Assembly (NCBI GenBank): GCA_002399785.1
Contig: DHEH01000010.1
Span: 134,833-198,832 of the forward strand
Direction of reading: 5' to 3'
Length of the DNA: 64,000 nt
DNA from: Bacillales bacterium UBA4855
GTDB taxonomy: Bacteria > Bacillota_I > Bacilli_A > RFN20 > CAG-826
This document shows positions 19,160 to 29,906 of this stretch, in pieces (the first letter of the stretch is position 1; every line of letters starts with the position of its first letter). Under the pieces are notes generated by a model, which searched no databases, was not told where the DNA came from, and worked only from the letters and a program-made list of their open reading frames with translations. The position numbers were made by a program, and so were the translations under genes.

Positions 19160-21444
19160 TATTTTAAAGTAATGATAGTAGCACCAGTTCCACCATCAAT
19201 ATCATTTCCTAACCTAAAAGAAGCGACATAACGTGATGTTTTTAAATAATTATGAATTGCTTGACGCAATTTTCCAGTCCCATAACCATGAATAACTTTT
19301 ACAACTTTAAGATGACGAATAGAACAATCATCTAAATACCTACTCAACGATTCAATTCCTTCATCAATATGATAACCGACTAAATTTAAAGAACTAGAAA
19401 CCGATTTTTGATTGATAATCTCCATATCAATATCACGAGTTTCTTTGGTTGGCAAAGATGGTTTATTTGTTAATTCAACCTTTGATTTATCGATATTAAC
19501 ACTCATTCCCGAATCAGTATTCAAGGTTAATTTATTGCCATTAATTCTTGTAATTTGACCTCGCGAATTCAAAGCAGAGATAATAACAAAATCACCAATT
19601 TTTAATGGCTCTTTTTGAACTTTTTTATTCATTGCCTCAATACGCGCTTCAGTCTTTTTAATATCTCTATTTTTCAAAAAATCGCTGTAAATGTCCTCTA
19701 TTTCATAATATTTCTTATCAATATAAGCATCTAATTCTTCGAGTTTTTTATCTTTCAATTTTTGACTTTTTTCTCTCAATAATTCTTCTTGTTTTGCATT
19801 CTCATCTATTTTATTTTGAAGGACAATTTCTTTAGTTTTAATTTCTTCTTCGCGTTCCTTTAAATTAATCTCTTTATTTTCTAAATTTCTGATTCTTAAA
19901 TCTTCTTTTGTCATGTAATTTTTATTATAAATATTCATTGCATCATTAATTATCTCGTCTTTAAAACCATACTTTTTAGCAATTAAAAATCCATAAGATT
20001 TTCCACCAACACCAAGCATCATTTTATAAGTTGGCTCAATTTTCTTTTCATTAAATAAGAACGACGCAGTCAATATTTTTTCGTTACTTAAACCAAATTT
20101 TTTAAGTAAATCATAGTGAGATGTAATTAAAGAAACGCAACGTTTTTCAATCAAATATTTAGTAACTGCAATTGCTAAAGCTTCTCCTTCTTTTGGATCT
20201 GTTCCGTTACCAACTTCATCAATCACAACCAAATCTCGACTATTTAAATATTGAAAAATAACACTCAAATTAGAAATATGGGCTGAAAAAGTCGATAAAT
20301 TCTCTTCAATAGATTGATCATCACCGATATCAACATAAATGTGATTAAAAAAACCAATTTCACTATCAATAGATGCTGGAATTGCCATTCCAAGTTTTAT
20401 CATATATGCCAAAGTAGCAACCGTTTTTAATGCAATAGTTTTTCCGCCTGCATTTGGTCCGCTTATCAACATTAAAGTTTCCTTACAATCGATAATAAAA
20501 TCATTAGAAACAACATGTTTTTGATCAAGTAAAGGGTGTCGAGCTTTATACAATTTGACAATTTGGCGATTAGAAATTTTTGGAATTGAGGCTTCAATTT
20601 CGCGAGCATATTTAGCCTTGCTATTAATAAAATCGAGTTCTCCAATAATAGAATTATTTTTAGTCAAAATATCTTTAAAACTAGCGACAGTAAAGGTTAA
20701 TTCCCTTAAAATTCTATTTATTTCATTTCTTTCTTCAAGTTCATTTAAATGTTTTTCGTTTTCTAATTCAATAACTTCTAAAGGTTCAATAAAGGTAGTT
20801 AAACCGGAATCGCTTAAATCACGAACAATTCCAGATACACTGCTTTTATAAGAAGAATTAATAGGTAAAGCAAAACGACCATCACGCATAACAAAATTGT
20901 CACCAGCCATTTTATCCTTATATTTGTTCATTAAAGAAGTTAATTTTTTATGAATATCAGCATTTAAAATGTAAAGTTTGCGTCTAATTTGACTTAACTT
21001 CACCGAAGCATTATCGCTAACTTGATTATCGTTAGTAATAGCTTTATTAATTGCGTTATATAATGCATCAACAGGTTTAAGATTATCAACTAATGGTTTA
21101 ATAGAAGCAAAAGGTTCTTTAATCTTTAAAAAATATTTTGATAAATCAATCGAACTGGTTATTTCATCTTTAATTTTATTAAGAGTAATTTCATCGAGTA
21201 CACCGCCCTTTTCAATTAATTCAAAAATGGCTTTCATCGATAAAGAAGACACAATAGGCATATCATTATAAGAAAGAACAAGTTTAGAAACTTCATCCAA
21301 TTTATTTAGTTCCAAAATTACTTTTTCACGATCTTTATAAGTTCTTAAAGAAAGTAAAATTTCTTTACCTTTTTCCGTTTTAATATATTTATTAACGTGA
21401 GAAATAATCTCATCAATTTCTAAAATTTTCCAAGCTTTATCCAT
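19159..21444 (-). CDS. mutS2: endonuclease MutS2
   Basis: ARHPLL, SGPNAGGKT, LSTFSAH, DEVGNGTDP, C-terminal Smr domain IHGYGTG. Confidence 0.95.
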   Translation of the reverse strand: MDKAWKILEIDEIISHVNKYIKTEKGKEILLSLRTYKDREKVILELNKLDEVSKLVLSYNDMPIVSSLSMKAIFELIEKGGVLDEITLNKIKDEITSSIDLSKYFLKIKEPFASIKPLVDNLKPVDALYNAINKAITNDNQVSDNASVKLSQIRRKLYILNADIHKKLTSLMNKYKDKMAGDNFVMRDGRFALPINSSYKSSVSGIVRDLSDSGLTTFIEPLEVIELENEKHLNELEERNEINRILRELTFTVASFKDILTKNNSIIGELDFINSKAKYAREIEASIPKISNRQIVKLYKARHPLLDQKHVVSNDFIIDCKETLMLISGPNAGGKTIALKTVATLAYMIKLGMAIPASIDSEIGFFNHIYVDIGDDQSIEENLSTFSAHISNLSVIFQYLNSRDLVVIDEVGNGTDPKEGEALAIAVTKYLIEKRCVSLITSHYDLLKKFGLSNEKILTASFLFNEKKIEPTYKMMLGVGGKSYGFLIAKKYGFKDEIINDAMNIYNKNYMTKEDLRIRNLENKEINLKEREEEIKTKEIVLQNKIDENAKQEELLREKSQKLKDKKLEELDAYIDKKYYEIEDIYSDFLKNRDIKKTEARIEAMNKKVQKEPLKIGDFVIISALNSRGQITRINGNKLTLNTDSGMSVNIDKSKVELTNKPSLPTKETRDIDMEIINQKSVSSSLNLVGYHIDEGIESLSRYLDDCSIRHLKVVKVIHGYGTGKLRQAIHNYLKTSRYVASFRLGNDIDGGTGATIITLK

Positions 21445-21658
21445 ACACTAAAATAATACCATATAGTAATTATTTTTTCATTTTTATTACTCAAAAATAG
21501 TTGCAAAATCAATAATCTTTTATAATATAAAAATGAAAAAAATAAGCTTGCAACACCACGTCCACAATTTAATTTTTATCAAATATATGGCAAAAATCAT
21601 ATTATTTCTAAAACCTTTAAAACAGCAAAAAAATTAAATTTGTGTTATAATGTAATTA

Positions 21659-22579
21659 ATGATTACAATAAAAATTGACAAAACCACTCTCGATAAAATT
21701 GTTGATGAGTTTAAAGATTACATAATCGATTCCGATATCGGTTATATTATGTATGTTTTTAAAAAAGACAATACTATGCTTACGATTTACAATAATAAAA
21801 AAGGCGACACTTTTAAGATGACCATTCAAGGTCAAGATCCAATGAGCATTGCAAAAAAATATAGTTTAGAAGAAAAAATTATGCCTCGTAAATCAAAAGT
21901 TGTTAAAGAATCTCCATTTTTTATTGATGTTGATCAACAAATAGGAAGCGACGAAGTCGGAACAGGCGATTTTCTCGGCCCAATAGTAGTTTGCGCCGCT
22001 TATTGTGACCACGAAACAATGAAATTAATCGAACAATACGGAATTGTTGATAGCAAAAAATTAAACGATACAACCATCATGAGAATCGTTCCTTTACTAA
22101 TTAAAAAAGTTTATTATTCGGCAAAAATTTTAGAAAACGATAGATATAACGGAGCTTATCAAAAAGGTTTTAATATTAATAAAATTAAAGCCATTTTACA
22201 TAACCACTGTTTAATAGAATTACATAATAAAGTTCCTTATGTCAAAAACGTTTATATGGATCAATTTACTCCAGAAGAAATGTATTATAGTTACTTAAAT
22301 GGTATCGATAAAGTCGAAAAAGACATAATTTTTAGAGAAAAAGGTGAAACATATTTTCCAAGTGTCGCGCTAGGAAGTTGCATTGCACGTTACTTATTTT
22401 TAGATAATATGACATTTAAAGCAAAAAAATACGGAATGAAAATTCCTTTTGGAGCCGGAAATGAAGTTAATGTTTTTGCTAAAAAATTCATAACAAAATT
22501 CGGTATTACAGAATTTGATAAAATTGCAAAAAAGAATTTTGCAAATTACAAACAAGTTACGGATTCTAAATTAGTTTAA
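21659..22579 (+). CDS. rnhC: ribonuclease HIII
   Basis: IGSDEVGTGDFLGP, DSKKL, DQF and an N-terminal TBP-like extension; divergent from mutS2 as in Bacilli. Confidence 0.93.
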   Translation: MITIKIDKTTLDKIVDEFKDYIIDSDIGYIMYVFKKDNTMLTIYNNKKGDTFKMTIQGQDPMSIAKKYSLEEKIMPRKSKVVKESPFFIDVDQQIGSDEVGTGDFLGPIVVCAAYCDHETMKLIEQYGIVDSKKLNDTTIMRIVPLLIKKVYYSAKILENDRYNGAYQKGFNINKIKAILHNHCLIELHNKVPYVKNVYMDQFTPEEMYYSYLNGIDKVEKDIIFREKGETYFPSVALGSCIARYLFLDNMTFKAKKYGMKIPFGAGNEVNVFAKKFITKFGITEFDKIAKKNFANYKQVTDSKLV

Positions 22580-23482
22580 TTTATCGATTACATCGGTAAA
22601 ATATTTTGGAAGAGGACAGGTAACTGTCATCTCTTTTTTTGTTTTAGGATGAACGAATGTAAGTTGGTATGCGTGTAAAAGTTGACCATCATTATATAAA
22701 TCTATTTTCCCACCATACAAAGAATCTCCGGTTACTGGATGATTAATGCTAGACATGTGAACTCTAATTTGATGTGTTCTTCCTGTTTCTAAGATACATT
22801 TAATCAATGTATTATGCGAGAAACGCTTGATAACCTCAAAGTGAGTAACCGCATCCTTGCCATTTGTATTATCGATAGTCATTTTCAATCTATTAGATTT
22901 ATCGCGACCGATAGGACCAATAATTTTTCCTTTTTCAGACTCAATAACACCATCAACAAGGGCCATATATTCTCTATGCATCGTGTGATCTTTAAGTTGA
23001 TTGGCAATAAAAAGATGACTTGAATCATTTTTACATATTAAAAGTAATCCACTCGTATCTTTGTCGATTCGATGCACTATTCCAACTCTATCCAAGCCGT
23101 TTATAGTAGATAATTCTTTCTCGTTATAAATCAAAGCGTTAACTAAGGTGTCATTATGATGACCATCACCAGGATGAACAACCAATCCTTTTGGTTTATT
23201 GATAACTAAAATATCATCATCTTCATAAATAACATCTAACTTTAATTTTAAAGGTTCAAGTTCTTCTTCATTTTCTCTAGTAACATATTTAACTTCTATT
23301 TCATCACCAGGAAAAACTTTATAACTTGGCGAAACAGATTTTTGATTGACTTTTACAAGAGATTTTTTAATAAGTTCACTAAAATATACCCTGCTATAAT
23401 CAGGATTTATTAAAGAGAGAGCTTTATCGATACGTAAACTTCCTAAATTAGAAGGAATGATGTAATTTATTATTTTTTCCAT
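22571..23482 (-). CDS. rluD: RluA/RluD-family pseudouridine synthase
   Basis: S4 domain, NKPKGLVVHP, HRIDKDTSG, GRTHQIRVH; follows lspA. Confidence 0.9.
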   Translation of the reverse strand: MEKIINYIIPSNLGSLRIDKALSLINPDYSRVYFSELIKKSLVKVNQKSVSPSYKVFPGDEIEVKYVTRENEEELEPLKLKLDVIYEDDDILVINKPKGLVVHPGDGHHNDTLVNALIYNEKELSTINGLDRVGIVHRIDKDTSGLLLICKNDSSHLFIANQLKDHTMHREYMALVDGVIESEKGKIIGPIGRDKSNRLKMTIDNTNGKDAVTHFEVIKRFSHNTLIKCILETGRTHQIRVHMSSINHPVTGDSLYGGKIDLYNDGQLLHAYQLTFVHPKTKKEMTVTCPLPKYFTDVIDKLN

Positions 23483-24132
23483 TATTTTTTGTCACCACTA
23501 ATATCTTTTGACTCAATAGCTTGAGCTTTTTGAGTGGCTATTTTGTTTTTGTCGTGTTCTTCTTTAACCATATCAACGACAAAATAAATAATTAATGCAA
23601 TTACTGAACAAACAACAAAAGCGTCAGCAACATTAAATATTCCAAAATTAGAAAGCCAAGCCGAAATATCGAACATATCGATAACACCATCTTTGTAAAA
23701 AGTTCTATCAATTAAATTTCCGACATCTCCAGTGAATACGCAGGCTAAAATAAGCCATAGGCCGAACTTAATTTGTTTTCTTTTAATAATTAAATAAACC
23801 AAATAACCAATCAAACCAAACGCAACTAACCAAGAAACGATTGCAAAAATTATTCTAAAAGCTAAAGCACTATTAGGATCATTTGTTCCGATTCCAAAAG
23901 CTGCACCTGTATTAGTAACGTAAGTAATTCTTAAAAAACTACCTATAAAATCATTTGCTACACCTTTACTATAATTGGTTGAAACATATATTTTTGTTAC
24001 TTGATCTAGAGTGATTCCGATAATAATTATCAACAAACTTGTAATAAGTAAAAGCAAGTGCTGTTTAGTAAAATAAGGGGTCTTTGCAAGGGATTTTGAA
24101 TTTATTTCAGTATTTTTTGACATCTTGGACAT
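23482..24132 (-). CDS. lspA: lipoprotein signal peptidase II
   Basis: DQVTK, NTGAAFG, GNLIDR, VID, FNVAD. Confidence 0.93.
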   Translation of the reverse strand: MSKMSKNTEINSKSLAKTPYFTKQHLLLLITSLLIIIIGITLDQVTKIYVSTNYSKGVANDFIGSFLRITYVTNTGAAFGIGTNDPNSALAFRIIFAIVSWLVAFGLIGYLVYLIIKRKQIKFGLWLILACVFTGDVGNLIDRTFYKDGVIDMFDISAWLSNFGIFNVADAFVVCSVIALIIYFVVDMVKEEHDKNKIATQKAQAIESKDISGDKK

Positions 24133-26852
24133 AAGTGTGCTCCATTAATTTCAGTGATATCATTTGGTTCGAAATAATTCCAACATCTATCACATTTTAT
24201 ACCATCATGTTTAGTTACTTTAACTTTACAGACTTTACCTTCGTTACCACCATCTAAGTCAACAACAAAGTCAACACTAGAAACAATCAAGATTAAAGCA
24301 ATTTCTTCTTCACCAATATCTTCGATTATTTTTTTAGTAGTATCTCCAAGGAAAGAAACAGTGACTCTTGCTTCTTGAGAACTTCCAATAACGCCACTTG
24401 TTCTTGCTTCTTCGAGTGTTTTTAAGACATCGTTTCTAAAATCTTTAAGAAAACTTAATTCTTCTAACAATTCTCTACTATATTTATTGGTTTTTTCAGG
24501 ATAAGCATAGAATTGAACATTGTTTTCGCTTCTTAATGGATAATTTGAGTTAACTTCATCCATAGTAAATGGAAGGATTGGATTAAGCAATCTCATAAGA
24601 GTAAATAATAATTCATTTAAAACAGTTTGAACTTGTTTTCTTCTGATACTATTTTTGTCATCACAATACAAAATATCTTTAGTTATATCAAGATAGAAAC
24701 TACTTAAATCATCACTCATAAACTTCAAAACATCGCTTACAGCGTTAATAAAATTGAAGTTATTCATATTATCAATGAAACTATTTTTAACTTGTTCTAA
24801 ACGTGCCAAAATGTAATTATCGACAGTTTCAAGTTCGGTTTGTTTATCAATTTCTTTAAACGAATCTTCAAGTGAACCGTTACTTAAATTTCCAAGTAAA
24901 AATTTAAATGTATTTCTAATTTTTCTATATTGATCGCTAATAGTTTTAACAATTGGTTCAGAAATTCTTACATCTTGTTGATAATCAATTAAAGCGGCCC
25001 ATAATCTACAAACATCAGCACCATAAATATTAATTATTTTTAAAGGATCAATTCCGTTTCCAGCAGATTTTGACATCTTTTCCCAATGTTCATCCATGAC
25101 AAAACCATGAGAAACAACTTGTTTATATGGAGCGACTCCGTTAACAGCTAAACTTAAAATTAAAGAAGAATTAAACCAACCTCTATATTGGTCGCTTCCT
25201 TCGAGATATAAATCAGCAGGATATTTAATACCTCTTTCAACTAATACACCATTCCAACTTGAACCACTATCAAACCAAACATCCATAATGTCAGTTTCTT
25301 TTCTAAAAATTCCGTTTGGTGAATGTTTATTTGTGTAACCTTCAGGAAGTAGTTCTTTTTCGCTTAATTTATACCAAATATTACTTCCGTTTTCTCTAAC
25401 CAATTGAACAAAATGGTCAAAAACTTTCTTTTCAACAATAGGCGTTCCATCTTCACAATAAATAATTGGAATTGGTACTCCCCAAGCTCTTTGACGAGAA
25501 ATACACCAATCATTTCTATCTTTAATCATGTTAACCATACGAGTTTCGCCCCAAGCTGGTTCCCATTTAACACCATGAATAGCAGAAATTAAATCTTCTC
25601 TAATTGGTTCGATTGAACAAAACCATTGTGGAGTAGCTCTAAAAATAACTGGTTTATGAGTTCTCCAATCGTGTGGATAAGAGTGAACAATATCCTCTTC
25701 TTTTAATAAGACATGATTTTCTTCAAGAATTTTTAAAACTTCCGCATTAGCATCTTCATAAAATAAACCAGCAAGACGAGGACCGCAATCCTCAGTCATT
25801 TTTCCATGTTCATCGACTGGGCAATAAGGTTTAATTCCGTATTTTAAACAAACTAAATAATCATCTTCACCATGTCCAGGAGCAATATGAACTAAACCAG
25901 TTCCGCTATCAGCAGTAACATAATCACCTAAAATAACAACTGAATCTCTATCATAGAAAGGATGTTTACAAATAACACCTTCCAATTCTTTTCCTTTAAA
26001 TTCTTCTAATAAATCACATTGAGTAAGACTTAATTTTTCTACAATTTGATCTTTTAAATCACTTAAAAATACCAATTTGCCGATATTAGTTGCAAATACA
26101 CCATAAACAAACTTTGGATTTGCACAAATTGCTAAATTTGCTGGTAACGTCCAAGGAGTTGTAGTCCAAATTACTAAACTTGCATCATTAGGAACAATAT
26201 TTTTACCATCTTTTACACTAAAAGCCACATAAACTGTATAGGCTTTAACATCGTGATATTCAATTTCAGCTTCAGCTAAAGCAGATTCACTAGATGGAGA
26301 CCAATAAACTGGTTTTAATCCTTTATAAATTAATCCTTTTTCAGCTAAAGTAGCAAAATTTTCAATTTCACGTTCCTCAAATTTAGGTAATAAAGTTAAA
26401 TATGGATTATCATAATCGCCCAAACAACCCAATCTTCTGATATCTGATTTTTGACGTTCAACTTGTTTTAAAGCATATTCTTTACATAATTCTCTAAAGT
26501 CAAAAATTGGAGTAGTTTTTCTATTTACACCAGATTTGGTAACCATATTTTCGATTGGTAAACCATGAGTATCCCAACCAAAAACAAAAGGAGTCCTATA
26601 TCCTGACATATTTTTATAACGAACCACAAAATCTTTTAAAATTCTATTTAACATATGCCCACAATGTATTGCACCATTAGCATATGGAGGACCATCATGA
26701 AGAGCGTACTCTCCAAGTTTTCCTTCTTCGTTCATTTTTTCATAAACCTTTTCTTTATTCCATTTATCAACCAAAATAGGTTCTTTTTTGTTGAGATTTC
26801 CTCTCATTTCAAAATTAGTTTTTGGCATTAATAAACTTTCTTTAATTTCCAT
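24102..26852 (-). CDS. ileS: isoleucine--tRNA ligase (type 1)
   Basis: HDGPPYANG, HCGH, DWCISRQR, KMSKS, C-terminal Zn finger. Confidence 0.98.
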   Translation of the reverse strand: MEIKESLLMPKTNFEMRGNLNKKEPILVDKWNKEKVYEKMNEEGKLGEYALHDGPPYANGAIHCGHMLNRILKDFVVRYKNMSGYRTPFVFGWDTHGLPIENMVTKSGVNRKTTPIFDFRELCKEYALKQVERQKSDIRRLGCLGDYDNPYLTLLPKFEEREIENFATLAEKGLIYKGLKPVYWSPSSESALAEAEIEYHDVKAYTVYVAFSVKDGKNIVPNDASLVIWTTTPWTLPANLAICANPKFVYGVFATNIGKLVFLSDLKDQIVEKLSLTQCDLLEEFKGKELEGVICKHPFYDRDSVVILGDYVTADSGTGLVHIAPGHGEDDYLVCLKYGIKPYCPVDEHGKMTEDCGPRLAGLFYEDANAEVLKILEENHVLLKEEDIVHSYPHDWRTHKPVIFRATPQWFCSIEPIREDLISAIHGVKWEPAWGETRMVNMIKDRNDWCISRQRAWGVPIPIIYCEDGTPIVEKKVFDHFVQLVRENGSNIWYKLSEKELLPEGYTNKHSPNGIFRKETDIMDVWFDSGSSWNGVLVERGIKYPADLYLEGSDQYRGWFNSSLILSLAVNGVAPYKQVVSHGFVMDEHWEKMSKSAGNGIDPLKIINIYGADVCRLWAALIDYQQDVRISEPIVKTISDQYRKIRNTFKFLLGNLSNGSLEDSFKEIDKQTELETVDNYILARLEQVKNSFIDNMNNFNFINAVSDVLKFMSDDLSSFYLDITKDILYCDDKNSIRRKQVQTVLNELLFTLMRLLNPILPFTMDEVNSNYPLRSENNVQFYAYPEKTNKYSRELLEELSFLKDFRNDVLKTLEEARTSGVIGSSQEARVTVSFLGDTTKKIIEDIGEEEIALILIVSSVDFVVDLDGGNEGKVCKVKVTKHDGIKCDRCWNYFEPNDITEINGAHLCPRCQKILK

Positions 26853-26871
26853 AATATCCCTCCAAACAAAT

Positions 26872-27045
26872 AAAAATCCTTAGAATAATCTAAGGACGCT
26901 TTTACGTGGTACCACCTTAGTTGCTAAATAAATTTAGCCACTCATTTTTGCTGTTAATAATAAAGTGATACCAATTTAAGTTAACTTAACATTTTCACCA
27001 ACCATGTTTTCTCTAAAAAAATTAATCTTAATTGACTTGTCTTTA
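26872..27045 (-). promoter_or_regulatory. T-box riboswitch (Ile) with terminator
   Basis: T-box AAGGTGGTACCACG at 26918-26905; stem I AGAGA/GGTGAAA elements; AUC specifier at 26969-26967; TCCTTAGA/TCTAAGGA terminator plus T-tract. Confidence 0.88.
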
Positions 27046-27155
27046 TGTTTAATATTATAACTTAATTACTAAATATATCAAATCATTTAAAGCAAAGAAA
27101 GCATTAATAAACCTATTAAATGGATAAAAATTTTAAAAGCAAAGCAAATAAAAAA

Positions 27156-27737
27156 TTATTTCATATATAAGATTTTATCACAATAATTTTTAACAATTTC
27201 ATCATGAGTTGCCATAATACATAATGCTTTTTTAGAAATATTTTTAATGGTTTCTAGAACCAATATTTTATTTTTTTGATCAAGCATATTTGTGGATTCA
27301 TCAAATAAAAATATTTTTGCATCCAAATTAATTTTTTGATAAAAAGAAATAAGCTGTGATTCTCCACCACTCATTGAATCAACATTTTTGTTTAAAATTC
27401 TTTTGATGTTATTGTCTAAATGTTTTTTGCCACTAATATTTAAATTTTCTTCTACATTTAAAAACGAAAGTAAATCGTTTTTAGAACCTATGTATACAAT
27501 TTCATTTTGAAGTAATTTTAACTTCTTTTTTCCTAAACTGCTTACTTCAATTTCATCAATTTTAAATGATCCTCCGTATTTCAGGTCATAAAGTCCTATA
27601 ATAAGAAGAAAAGTAGTTTTCCCACAACCGTTAGGTCCATAAATAGTATAAAAACCCTCATCATTAAAGGAATATGAAATTCCATCAAAAATAGTTGTTT
27701 TACCAATTATTTTTTTAAAATTTTGCAAATAAATCAT
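27156..27737 (-). CDS. ABC transporter ATP-binding protein
   Basis: GPNGCGKTT, MSGGE, FDEST, ATHD; start chosen by RBS spacing. Confidence 0.85.
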   Translation of the reverse strand: MIYLQNFKKIIGKTTIFDGISYSFNDEGFYTIYGPNGCGKTTFLLIIGLYDLKYGGSFKIDEIEVSSLGKKKLKLLQNEIVYIGSKNDLLSFLNVEENLNISGKKHLDNNIKRILNKNVDSMSGGESQLISFYQKINLDAKIFLFDESTNMLDQKNKILVLETIKNISKKALCIMATHDEIVKNYCDKILYMK

Positions 27738-27776
27738 ACTCATCATTCCTTTCTCTTGAATAAACAAACATTAAAT

Positions 27777-29906
27777 TCAAACCTTAAAATTCCCTTTTTT
27801 ATATCGTTTATAATAAAAATATAAATAAATTATTTGAGTTAAAATATAAATAAATAGCAAAATCAAATTCCGATAAGTAAAAACTAACGAATTATAATTA
27901 TGAGAAGAAAAATCTCGTTGAATATTCAAAAAATAAAATAATAAATACGATACAAACATTGCAAAATTAATCAAACAATAAGGAAAAAGCGTTATTTTTA
28001 TTGCCTTGTTTATCGATACACCACACGATATCAATATTTTATTATTAACTTCGTTTTTATGAAATAATACATATATCAATAAATAATTTATAATAATGAT
28101 TATTAATAAGGTAATTAAAATTAAAGTAATAAATAATTGTTGCAAAATTGGCGGCAATTTAACAAATATTTTTGATGAGTAATGACCATAATTATCATAA
28201 AAAACATATTTATTCGTATTAAGGAATTTCACAAAATCGTTATTTGTTGCTTTTTTAGAAACATATTTTAAATTTATGTTACTAAAATAATGACTTCTAA
28301 TCTGTTCAAAAGTTACATCACTCACCAAGATTTCTTTATCACATAAATATTGGCTTATAACATTATTTTTAATCAATTTAATATCTTCGAAATCATCATT
28401 AAAATTTACATAATTATTCTCATCACCTTGCATATTAACATCCTCAAAATCAAAGAAATTTATTTTTTCATTCGTATAATAATAATTTAAAGAATCGTCA
28501 ATATAAAAGACATTATCATCAATTTTATAATCAATTGTTTTGTTTTCTCTATATTCTAACGAAGTTTTAGAAATAAAACGATTGATTTGTTTATTGTCGA
28601 AAAGTTTTCTGACATCAAAAGAATTATTGAGGGAAAAATTTTCGTTATTCCGCATTGATAATCTAACGGGTAAACCATCAGTAAATAATAATTTTTTTAA
28701 ATGATCCGTAGATAAAGTTGCTTTTATTTTTTCTGTAGAATCATCAATCTCATAATCAGACAAAACATATACTCCGTCGGAATATTCAATTTTTATCTTG
28801 TCTCCAACATATTCAAAGCTATCTTGTAAATATTTAGGAACAAATATTTTATCTGCTGCAACATCATCAAAAATTAGAGATAAAGTAGGATTTGTTGCTG
28901 AATCGAGCATCAAAAAAGACCCAAATTTGTTTGAATTTTTAATTTTTATCTTTTCTTTTTCGCAAATTGTATTTGAAGACAAAACTTGTAAATCTTGAAA
29001 ATTGTCAAATTTAAATAATTCTTCATTTTGAAATCTTTTAATTGTGCAGGAATTACCAATATTTTTATTTAAATAGTCTTTATCAATTAGTTCGTTATTT
29101 TGCGTGTATTCTGTTGTAAAACCAAAAGAACAAATTGTTGCAAAACAATTTATAATTATTATTAAAATAGTTAAAAAAATGTTTTGTTTCAAAACACCAA
29201 AACAAAATTTTGGGAAAACTTTTTTATGCTTCATTCGCTTTGAATTATATTCAAAAAGATTTGATGGTAATTTGGCCTCAGAAATAATGCCTTTTTTAAG
29301 AATGATTTCATTGTTTTTAAATTCATAAATAATCTCTGCTTGATCGATTAAATGTTGATTATGAGAAGAAAATATAACAAGTTTCTTTTTGCTTATTTCA
29401 ATAATTTTTGGCATTATTTTATCAATTATTTTAATATTTAAATAATCAGTAAATTCATCTAATATCAAAACTTGTTTATCGGAATTTAAAAAGCGCTCCA
29501 AACATAAAAGCACTTTTTCACCACTACTTAAATTTTTGATCCTCTTACCATCAAAAAAAGAAACAGTAATATATTTATCATTATTTATATAATTAAATAA
29601 ATTAACATTATCATTAATATTTAAATAGGATATAAGGTTTTCGTTTTGAAACAAAACAGAAATCTTATCTCTTAAAATATCGTTTTTTTCTTTTGCCGAG
29701 AATTCTTTTATATTTTTATTATCAAAAAGAATATTACCCGAAAAATCGTCATCTAACAACGAAATTATATTAAACAAAGTAGTCTTTCCACATCCATTAT
29801 CTCCAACAAAGGCAACCAACCCAATATCAGGAAGTTCTAATGAACTATTGTTGATAATCTTCTTTTTATCAAATTCTTTATTTAAATTATTTATTAATAT
29901 TTTCAT
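27777..29906 (-). CDS. ABC ATPase fused to a MacB/FtsX-like permease
   Basis: GDNGCGKTT, LSSGE, ILDEFT, SSHN, then TM, large extracellular loop and 3 TM. Confidence 0.78.
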   Translation of the reverse strand: MKILINNLNKEFDKKKIINNSSLELPDIGLVAFVGDNGCGKTTLFNIISLLDDDFSGNILFDNKNIKEFSAKEKNDILRDKISVLFQNENLISYLNINDNVNLFNYINNDKYITVSFFDGKRIKNLSSGEKVLLCLERFLNSDKQVLILDEFTDYLNIKIIDKIMPKIIEISKKKLVIFSSHNQHLIDQAEIIYEFKNNEIILKKGIISEAKLPSNLFEYNSKRMKHKKVFPKFCFGVLKQNIFLTILIIIINCFATICSFGFTTEYTQNNELIDKDYLNKNIGNSCTIKRFQNEELFKFDNFQDLQVLSSNTICEKEKIKIKNSNKFGSFLMLDSATNPTLSLIFDDVAADKIFVPKYLQDSFEYVGDKIKIEYSDGVYVLSDYEIDDSTEKIKATLSTDHLKKLLFTDGLPVRLSMRNNENFSLNNSFDVRKLFDNKQINRFISKTSLEYRENKTIDYKIDDNVFYIDDSLNYYYTNEKINFFDFEDVNMQGDENNYVNFNDDFEDIKLIKNNVISQYLCDKEILVSDVTFEQIRSHYFSNINLKYVSKKATNNDFVKFLNTNKYVFYDNYGHYSSKIFVKLPPILQQLFITLILITLLIIIIINYLLIYVLFHKNEVNNKILISCGVSINKAIKITLFPYCLINFAMFVSYLLFYFLNIQRDFSSHNYNSLVFTYRNLILLFIYILTQIIYLYFYYKRYKKGNFKV

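Noticed and set aside
21533-21637. 34-codon ORF in the mutS2-rnhC intergenic region
   Set aside because: No RBS or recognisable motif; its length is compatible with chance.
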